Source: Prorocentrum cordatum
Lineage: Eukaryota
Direction of reading: 5' to 3'
DNA length: 55,991 nucleotides
Assembly (NCBI GenBank): GCA_963575745.1
Contig: CAUYUJ010000118.1
Location: forward strand, 62,001-117,991
In this document: positions 1 through 9,300 of the stretch, in pieces
Layout of the letters: each line of letters begins with the position of its first letter
Numbering within the stretch: position 1 is the first letter of the stretch
Made by a program: the position numbers and the translations under genes
The notes under the pieces: generated by a model
The model's database searches: none
Told to the model about the DNA's origin: nothing
Seen by the model: only the letters and a program-made list of their open reading frames with translations

Positions 1-248
1 AACGGCCAAATCCCGCCGCAACGCTTTGTGGCAGTAAAAGGTACCCGATCGGGCTGAGATCAAGACGGCGAGCGGGAATAAGATCGAATATGGTGGGAAA
101 AAATACTACAGGTCCAACGAATGGTTCAATTTCGAAAACAAAATTTTCAACCGACCAAAAGTCACCAAAAGGTCCATCGAGATTTTTCTTGCCAACTAGC
201 TCTCCACCGCCCCGGAACTGGCGCCGGCGGTGAACCGTCAACCTGGTC
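1..248 (-). repeat. Fragments of Helitron2/HINE-like non-autonomous elements, ending in the split 3' stem-loop that is the target of retroelement 1
   Basis: Same blocks recur at e.g. 13123-13330 and 26705-26910; CTGGCGCCGGCGGTGAACCGTCAACCTGGTC at 218-248 resumes as CAACCTGGTCACCGCCGG at 6373. Confidence 0.8.
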
Positions 249-328
249 TGCGGTCTGCGGGGCCCGATTCGAGCCCCCTTAGGGGGCAGGGCCAGCGGTA
301 GGATTACCTACAGGCAACCTAAGCACTA

Positions 329-455
329 ACAGCGGAGCTGTGCGATATACAAGTCAGCGTAGCTGTGCATATATGATACAACAGCGTAGCTGCACAGGAA
401 TATACACACATCAAGAAACAGTGGGGCTACGCATGTATCTTACAACAGCGGAGCT
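329..455. repeat. Degenerate minisatellite in the 3' UTR of element 1
   Basis: Core resembling ACAGCG(G/T)AGCT at 329, 354, 381, 418 and 445, separated by related AT-rich spacers. Confidence 0.65.
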
Positions 456-478
456 ATGCAGATATTATACACAAACAG

Positions 479-3400
479 TCACCTGCCAAGTTGTACGTGT
501 ATACACATCTCGGCAATGCCATTGAGAAGAGAATGTGCAGCTGCCAACTCAGCCTGTGTGATCGTGCAATGGCTAGGGATCATGAAACCTCTGCGGCCAA
601 CTCCAGGGTGCCATCCACCCTGCACAAGTCCAGGGGGAAGCTGGTGAGGAGGAAGAGAGGGAACAAGATAAACATCAATAACCCAGCCACACGAGGTGCC
701 ACGCTCACACCGCCCACCGTCAAAAGCTCCTCTAAGTGCACGAACAATATAATGACCCGATCTAATATGATAAAGAGTGTTATGATTCCAACGAACATCA
801 GAAGTTACTTTACCCTCACGTGCAAGATGTGTCTCATAGTCCGCCTCATCGTTGCCCTCCCTATACACCCATTTCCACATATCCCTTCCCACTTCAGCCG
901 TGACAAGATGATGGTCCTCACTCATTCTGTGGAGGCGGTTCTGCATACCCTTGATCGTGCGGCGGTATACTTCATTATGACAGCGATATCTTCCATTAAG
1001 CCAGCGCACAACACACTGGCTATCCCCACGGAGCTCCAAGCCATATCAACCCCCTTCCCCACGCCAAGTGGTTTCATCATCATTTATCGCGGCCAGTCGT
1101 TTCGCCACCCGTTCATTTTCCCGTCGTTGCTGCTCCTCAGACTTCTCCTCCCCCTTCTCCTCCTGCTTGAACTCACCCGTGAAGGGATCCCGAAGAAGGC
1201 AGAACTCGAGAAGATCATCCAAGTCCAGGGCGGCCAGGGTACCCACCAGGAAAGAACGCCAGCCAGTTTCATGCCAGACCATCGTGCGATCCCAATGAAC
1301 CCCGCGCGTGTGCTCGAAGACCTCGAACCAAGGCCTGAGTCCCGTCAAGACTCGATGACGACAGGTTCTAGTAAACCTTCGGCCCCCAGGGAGAGCTCTA
1401 ACATGTACGTCGCGCTGCTCAGTCCACTCCCCCGACGCGTGCATCATCGTCAAGGCGCTCTGCATACTGGCAGTGGGCAATCCTCCTTCCTCCTCCCGTG
1501 CATAGGTACGGCGTACCCGCTTACGAACAGGCTCATGTACATGTTGTGAATCGTGATGCTCATATGCCGTGTTCTCCGATATACGTCTGCGAACTGATCT
1601 ACTTTCCAAGGAAGATGCGCTCTGTGCCTTTCTCCTACACGAACTGTTGAGCTGTCTGGCATTCGGGGTAGGCGAGGGAACCGATAACTCCAAGAAACGC
1701 TGCGAACCACCAAAAATATCAGGATCTCGTGGCTCATGATAAAGAATGCCCTGACTGAGTGCGTCCTCATCCACCCGACTATGTTCCTCATGGATTGTGC
1801 TCACAACATGTTTGGCGAAGAGCCACTGGCGATGAAGGGCGAGCTGGACCATCGAAGGCTTACGGGCCCACTTCAATAAGCGACGGCCACCCTTAATCCT
1901 CCTGCCCCAGTACTCTCCCCAGGACTCCGTGATCTTCTTTTTGAGACGTCTCATGGTGGACAAGAAGTTGCCTTCAGCTGCATGTATCTGTTGGAGACTA
2001 CTCGAATCCAGAGTCGTACCCTCCAAGCCGTACAGAAAGCAACTTCTGACCCTGCTATCATAACGCTGAAACTTACAACGAAGCGGAACCACGGGCGACG
2101 AGTAAAAAGAAATCTCACTCATGAAGACCCTCCGTGCCTTCTCCAGTCGGTGCTTAATGTCGTCATGATCCTGAAATCGTACATCCAATAGCGTGCCGAG
2201 AACCTCCATCCTCTCCACCTGCCTCACTATCATCTCCTCCGAAGGGCCTGCGGCGCTCTGGGAAGCCCCACGAGAACGCTTCCTACCCATCTCAGCAGGC
2301 AGGAGCCCCGGTACAGGCAGGCGGATATCCTGCAATGGACCTTGAACGCCACAAGCCAAGAACTCCATCGAAGATGCTTTCCAGTTGAAACCGAAGCGGT
2401 GGAGGACCCCAGTCAAGTCCTCGAGCATATGAGTCAGTTCTCGCCTGGAAGCTGCTGCCAGCAAAATATTGTCTGCCCACAGCCAGTGGTTGACCAAGAG
2501 GTTGGATGCCTCATCAGTGAGCCTGACGCCGTATCCAGACTGCCTCCAACCTGCCGTCACTGGTGCAAGCATACGAAGTGTCTGGGCAACAAACAGCAAA
2601 GGCGCCTCCAAGGAGCCTGTACGTATGCAAGTATCCCACGAGATGGTCGTAGAACACTGTTGGAAGCTGATCTCTGCCGTATTACAAGCATAACTCTCAA
2701 AGACAGCATACACAAGGGCAGGATGGACATGATGGAATAAAAGCGCCTCTGCTGCACATCTCACCGTGAAATTATCAAACGCCTTTTCAATGTCAGCACT
2801 TGCAAGATAAAGACTCTCCTCCTTCCCCCACACAACGCCGTGTTGAGCAAGACGTTTGAGGGGGGCCGTGACCTCATAACATTTGTGCCCCGCAATAAAG
2901 CCATATAAGTTGCAACCTGGCGGCGCAGCCTGCCGAACGCGGTGCTCTAGAAGTACACATAGACAACTGCTATACCACTTACCAAAATGAGAAAGAAGTG
3001 AGAGGGCCCGCGTTTCTTCAAAATCACGAGCCTTGGGATTCTTAGGCATCAAGCATACCAAGATCTCTCTCCAGGACTTCGGTGAAACATGTTTCTGATC
3101 GTACAGCAAACGGAATAAGGTAAGTATGCGTCGGAGGGCTTCCCATGGCAATGCTTTGAGCACCGATGACGTCACCCCGTCTGCACCTGTTGCCCGTCCT
3201 TCCCTGGGTCTAGACCGTGCCTCCAGCAAGAGACCCATGTTGATCGGGTTGCGGTGGGGCTCTCCAAAGTCTCGCAGGGCCTTACACTGGTTCTTAAGCT
3301 CATCCAAGCACGCGTTGGTGTCCTGTCGGTGGGGATCGCTGGAGTACCTCAGGAGCCCATGCCGCCGAAGGCCCTCAATCCACTTCTCCTGGTCACGCGT

Positions 3401-4747
3401 GAGGACCCCGTCAACATACATGTGCGTAATAACAGGCCTACGACGGACACCATCACGAATACGGTAAAGCTCACATGCACGATCATGACGCTTACGTACT
3501 CGACGCCACCTCCTTGCTGTCCCCTTGTACTCCTCCTGGACTCTCTCGTACTCCTCCTGTCCCACGTTAGCCCCGCCATATCGTGCCACCCTCCACCTCT
3601 TCCTGACCTTAAAGAACTCCTCCTTTATCAGTAAATCCTCCTCCGAATATCTGGGATAGTCTGAAACAGGCTGACCACGGGAACGGGAGATATCCAAAGT
3701 CTCACTGGCACCCTCAAGTATACTCTGTGTCATGACCTCAAAACCTACATCCGTGTGGATCTGATTCACGAGCTCGGGCTGGCAAATCGCTCTCTCCAAG
3801 CCGGCTGTCTGCTGGAGCTCGAACCCTGGCTGAAGCTTCCAGGTCTTGAGCTGAGGCCGACGTCGATACCTCAACTGAGCATGCTGGGCGGGCATATCGG
3901 CACACAAGAGCTTGTGATCGCTAAACGTCCTTTCCGTCGCCTCCGACCGTGGGACCTGGGACGGCACAACCCAAGAACAAGTCACCTCTGGAGTCATCCA
4001 AGAAGCTGGGACCGCAAGATAATCATAGACGTGCTCGTATGTGCTCGAATTGTGTCTCCAAGTAGGCTGACGAGTCCCAAAAGTGTTGGCTAGCTGCAAC
4101 TTGAGGGCCCCCATGGTCTTCAGAAAGGCCCCCGAGTACATCTCCCTCATCCTGTTGGCTCTACTTTCGTCACCTCCACTAGACCTCCCCCTCTTACGTA
4201 TAGGCCCATTCACCGCCTCCCCCGTAACCTCCACCCCATTGATCCTGTGGTGCGGGAAAACCTCCACGTTGGCGTCAGCCGAGATAACAACCTCCTCAAT
4301 GTGAAATCGCTTTTTGGCCGCAGAGACATGTGCAACAAGATCCGATAACACGTCCGTATAGAGCTTGAAACTAGCAAGAAACCCTTCAGGAGAACGGCGT
4401 GCTTCACCCTGTGCACCCCGCTCAGACTCCTTATGAGGGAGATAGACAGAAACGAAGATGAGCTTGCGAAAGATTGCAATGACCCAGCGGCGACCACACA
4501 CAACATCGATAAGCAGATGTCTCCATACACCTCGGCACAAGATGGCAGCCCGTCTCCCCACGTTCTCCCCTTCATCTGCCGAGCGATGTATATCCCAACC
4601 CGCATCTGCAAGATCCAAGTCGTGTAAGAACTGGCTCTCTTGGACCCCGACGATGGAAATCTTTAATTCGGCAATGTGATTCATGCACTCGGAGGTGTAT
4701 CTTCCCAACCTCCGAACGTTCCAACCTCCAACAGAAGCTGGGCACCG
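479..4747 (-). CDS. ORF2 of element 1: APE endonuclease, reverse transcriptase, permuted RNase H; one in-frame TGA at 1046-1048
   Basis: APE motifs GWNV, VQE, VYLP, SADAN, YDY, SDH; RT motifs ATGADGV, ADIEKAFD, IRTGSLEAP, WADN; RNase H motifs GDS, YREGNDEAD, FDGG, TQAEL. Track ORFs 1046..4708 and 479..1039 are in the same frame. Confidence 0.92.
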
Positions 4748-5860
4748 TCACGAGCTGCTATTCACCTGCCTCTCCCAAGTCTTGCAGTCCAGATCTGGAT
4801 CGATGTGCTGGACCCGCTCGGACACGAACTTCCATCCCACGGTATCCGTCCACGTACCTACACACACTTTATCACTCTGACTATCCTTCTGCAGGTATGC
4901 CCAAGCCTTTGCAGGCCCTTCAGGCTCAAAAGTGATGAGAGCAGTGGCAACAGTCTTGAGCTTATGAAAGATCGCAGTCGCCTTGCGAGTCTCCCCCACT
5001 CTACGTCGGTCCTGTGGTGCCGGTTGGACAAACCAACCGAGGCGTCGATCTTTGCACGGTCCAAAACTATTCTGACAACCGACCAGATCAGGGCACGAAT
5101 TGGACCAGGCTGAGGCCCACTCGTTGCGTACTTCCCAGACCGTCTCTTTCGAAGTCCCTGGCATGAAGTATATGCGAAACTTGGTCACACCAAATCGATT
5201 GGAAGCGATATCCCCGTCCGTCCTACCTCTGTCGAAGATCTTAGTAACGTCACTCTCCCGTGCTTGCGATAGTGTGTACAACTTACCTATCATGTTCCTA
5301 ACCGTGGTGACCTGGATCTTGGCCTTATCTCGAGTTTCAACCTTTCGGGGGTCCTCTTGCGCGAAGCCGCTCACCTGGATCCAAGTCGGAACATGTGGTA
5401 CAAAGGGTCTCTGGAAGTCAGCAGTCCGAGAATCACGAGTAGATGCACCTCCCAGAGATGATGAATCTGCCCAGGGATCTCTAGAGTTCATCTGAGACTG
5501 AAGTGCTTTGATCTATTTCGCCTGGGCCTCCTGAGCTGAACGAATCTCCTGCACCGACGAAGCAATAGGGGCAACCTGCTCTGATACCCTCGTTTGAATC
5601 TGCTCTTTGATGTCAACAGAGTTCTGCATAAGCATCCTCTGCATATCTTCACGCATGGCATCGAACTGTGCACGGAGCATAGTGGCCAGATCTCCAGCAT
5701 CACCTCCACCTCCTCCACTACTACCACTTCCATTCCCACTAACTGCCCCACCTCCACCACCCTCGGCATCACCAAGAAGACGTCTATCTTCCAGGAGCTT
5801 CCTCTGTCGCTTCTCTCCGTTGCCCTCAGTTCCCATATCATCATCAGAAGTCGGAACCAT
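4748..5860 (-). CDS. ORF1 of element 1 (coiled coil plus conserved C-terminal domain); internal in-frame TAG at 5513-5515; frame open upstream to the element 5' end
   Basis: Track ORFs 5513..6523 and 4748..5491 share a frame (AK*IKALQSQMNS); RIYFMPGTSKETVWE matches RIYFKPGTSSEILWE (element 2) and RLYFQNGVTSDQLWD (element 4). First ATG at 5860. Confidence 0.8.
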
Positions 5861-6372
5861 CTTCCTCTTAGGATCACACTGCCCACAACTGGAAGTAGAA
5901 TACCGATAAGCTCGACAAGTAGGGCACCTACTAGCCTCCAGATCACGATAGTGTTCGTCCTCGAGTTCTTCAAGAAACTTATCCCAACCCCGTGAAGGTG
6001 AAAGTCGGTACGTGATGAAATCTGCTGCAACAAAAACGGCCAAAGTGTCCTTCTCAACTGCCAGAGCAAAACTGGTAAGTGCCGGGCTCCCAAGAGTATC
6101 ACAAGCAAACAGCAAAGATACAAGTGCAACAGGTAGCGGCCTTGCGCCTCCAGCGGCACGCGTGGGCTCACCCGCTAACACGAGCAGAGTACAAATGCAG
6201 CGACCTATGCGCAGCACGTCCAGGAGGTTGCAGCCGACGAAGTACACGAACTTATGGGCCAGCGCGCACCCACGCGCGCCCACGGCCGCCCAGGGGGCAG
6301 CCTGAGGAGACAGGCTTGAGGAGGCCCCCGACGGGCCAGGCCACCGCTGAGATCCCCGAGGAGGGACAGCGG

Positions 6373-9300
6373 CAACCTGGTCACCGCCGGGAACCTCGTA
6401 GAGCTCCTTGCTTGCACCCATGAGAAAGCTCAGGATCGAAGCGGAGAGCTTCTGGGAGCTTCCTAGAAAAACGTCAAATTGAGATTCTTCGGAGTCAACA
6501 TGACGTCGGTTCCGGGAAGTCAACTAATACAAACTGGCTCTAGAGAGCTGAGCTGCTGAGGAAACAAAGTTTATATGCCAATGCTCGGCGTAAAAATCTG
6601 CTTTCTCAAAATGAATTGTCAAATATCTTTCAAATCTGAGCAAAACCGACCCAAAGTCAACACTTTGTCCTTTCTGGTCGGCCCGACCAATGGGAACCGG
6701 CGGTAAACCGTCAACCAGGTTACCGCCGGCACCTCGTAGACCTCTTTTCTTGGACAGCGCTCCTCGGAACACATGAAGGAAGCTTCTGAAGCGAGAGCCG
6801 AAAAAATCGAAAAATCACGATTTTTCGGTTTTCATCCAAAGTCGTTTCCTCCAAGTGTTTTGATAGTAATACTGCACCTACGGACCTGAGAATTTGACTG
6901 GCAGACGCGGCATAACCCACTCCCCTCCCTCCCTCCCTGCCTGCTCACCGAAGAAGCTCATCAGATGACTCAGAAAAAACGCATTTTTTAGTGTCGATAC
7001 AAAGTCGGTTCCTCCAAGTGTTTTCATAGTAATACTGTCCCTAGGGCCATGAAAGATTAACCAGCAGGTGCGCCATAGCTTACTACAGGGAATGAACATC
7101 TCACTCCTGGAAACGAACTTCAACATTTGCCCCCCCAAAAAAAAAATGCACGGCGATCCTCGGAACACATGAAGAAAGCTTCTCGAGCGAGATACAACAA
7201 AAAAACGACAAATCACGTTTTTCTGTTTTATCCAACATCGGTTCCTCCAAGTGTTTTTGTAGTAATACTGCAGCTACGAACCTGAGAATTTGACTGGCAG
7301 ACGCGGCATAACCCACTACAGGTGCGAAAAATCTGCTCTCTCAAAATGAATTGTCAAATATCTTTCAAATTTTCGCAAAACCCACCCAAAGTTACCACAT
7401 TGTCTCTTTTGGTCGGCTCGGCCAACTAGCTCCACCCCGCGCCGGAATTCCTCTAGCTCATCGATGACGAAGAGCTCTACGAGGTACTAGCTCCACCCCG
7501 CGCCGGAATTCCTCTAGCTCATCGACTGGCGCCGGCGGTGAACCGTCAACCTCGTCACCGCCAGGAACCTCTTAGAGCTCCTTGCACGCATTGAAGTGCT
7601 CAGAATCGAAGCAGACAGCTTCTCGGAGAATTTCTCGAAAAAACGTCAACTTTGCATTTTTCGGTGCCACTGTGAGGTCGGTTCCTCCTAATTTTTCGAT
7701 AGTAAAACTGGCTCTAGAGAGCTGAGCTGCTCTGGGAATGAGTTTTATATGCCAATGCTCGACGTAAAAATCTGCATTCTCAAAATGAATTGCGGAAGAG
7801 CTCTCAAGCGCATCTGCAGCTCGAGTAAGTGGAAAAATCACCATCAGCTCGAAAAAAAAGGGTCGCATACGAATAGCTTTGCGGACCTAGCTCGGGTAGC
7901 AGACTGTGTTCAGAGCTCTAGATGCTCCAGCCTCCAGCCGAACGCCCCTGATGATGCTCGATGGGTTTCTGTGCGCTACAGCCCTGCAACTCTGCTACAG
8001 CTTCAGTTAAGTACAGAAGACCGACAGCGCCTGCAAAGAGAACTTGAAGAATACAAATAGTTTTGCGGACCTAGCTCGGGTAGCAGACCGAGTTCAGACC
8101 GCTCGATGCAACAGACGGACGCGCCTAATCATACATAATCCTCTCATGTGCGTACCAGCTCTGTAGCTATTCTGAATCGTGAGTTAAGGACAGAAAACCG
8201 ACAGCACTCGTCAAAATGACTCCAAGAATACGAATAGGTTTGCGGTCTCGAGATAAGTACAGAAAACCGTCAACACGTGTCAAGGACTCGAAACGGTCGA
8301 CGGTTCCCTCAAATCTTTTGATAGTAATATTGCAGCTACAAACCTGGCAATTTCACAGCCGCGCGCGCAATAACCCACTACAGGCGGGAAAAACACCTGT
8401 TCTTAAAACGAACTTTCAAATTTTACACACACATAGAAAAACCGACCCCAGGTTATCACATTGTCTCTTGGGGTCGGATCGGTCAACTAGCCCCACCCTG
8501 CGCCGAATTCCTCTTAGCTCATCTTACCGAAGAGCTCTACGAGGTATATCTTTCAAATCTTTGCGAAATCAACCCAAAGTTATCACATTGTCCGTCCGGG
8601 CCGGGTCGACCACTGGGAGCCGGCGGTAAACCGTCAACCAGGTTACCGCCGGGAGCCTCGTAGAGCTTTCCTCGCACAGCGCTGCTCGTAACACGCGGGG
8701 AATCTTCCTCACACGCGAGCTGAAGACTCGAAAAATACTTCAAGTGTTTCGATAGTAATACTGCAGCTACGAACCTGAGAATTTCACTGGCAGACGCGGC
8801 ATAACCCACTACAGGTGCGAAAAATACCGGTTCTCGAAACGAATGTTCAAATCTCTCAGAAAGTTTGCCCAACCGACCCAAAGTTCACACATTGTCCGCC
8901 CGGGCCGGGTGGATCAACTGGAAGCCGACGGTAAACCGTCAACCAGGTTACCGCCGGGGCCCTCGTAGAGCTCTTTTCTCGCACGGCGCTCCTCGGTACA
9001 GACAAAGGGAGCGTCTGGAGCAAGACCCGAAAAACTCGAAAAATCACGTCTTTATGTTTTTATCCAAAGATGGTTCCGCCAAGTGTTTTGATAATAATAC
9101 TGCGCCTACGGACCTGAGAATTTGACTGGCAGACGCGGCATAACCCACTACAAGTGCGAAAAATCTGGTTTCTCAGAATGAATTGTCAAATATCTTTCAA
9201 ATATTCGCAAAACCGACCCAAAGTTACCTCTGGGCGCCGGCGGTAAACCGTCAACCTTTCTTACCGCCGGGAGACTCGTAGAGCTTCCTTACCATATATT

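Larger units (their letters stand above)
249..6372 (-). mobile_element. Full-length non-LTR retrotransposon 1 (ORF1 + APE-RT-RNase H), site-specific insertion
   Basis: 10-bp target-site duplication CAACCTGGTC at 239-248 and 6373-6382; removing the insert restores an intact host hairpin like that at 7533-7565; APE, RT and RNase H motifs inside. Confidence 0.95.

Noticed and set aside
1046..5515. Alternative genetic code with reassigned stops
   Set aside because: Only two non-junction stops occur across several thousand codons, both in one copy and both explicable as C>T changes.
6300..6400. HDV-like ribozyme at the 5' end of element 1 (CCC-TCCTCG-GGG resembles P3/L3)
   Set aside because: No matching P1 and P2 partners could be found by eye; kept only as a structured-leader finding.
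491..6423. Plus-strand ORFs overlapping the retroelements (e.g. 491..1549, 18600..19415, 49117..49803)
   Set aside because: Antisense shadows of coding sequence; no motifs and not conserved between elements.
6373..6523. N-terminal parts of track ORFs 5513..6523, 33515..33916 and 53784..54530
   Set aside because: They run past the element boundary into host repeat sequence; chance open frame.
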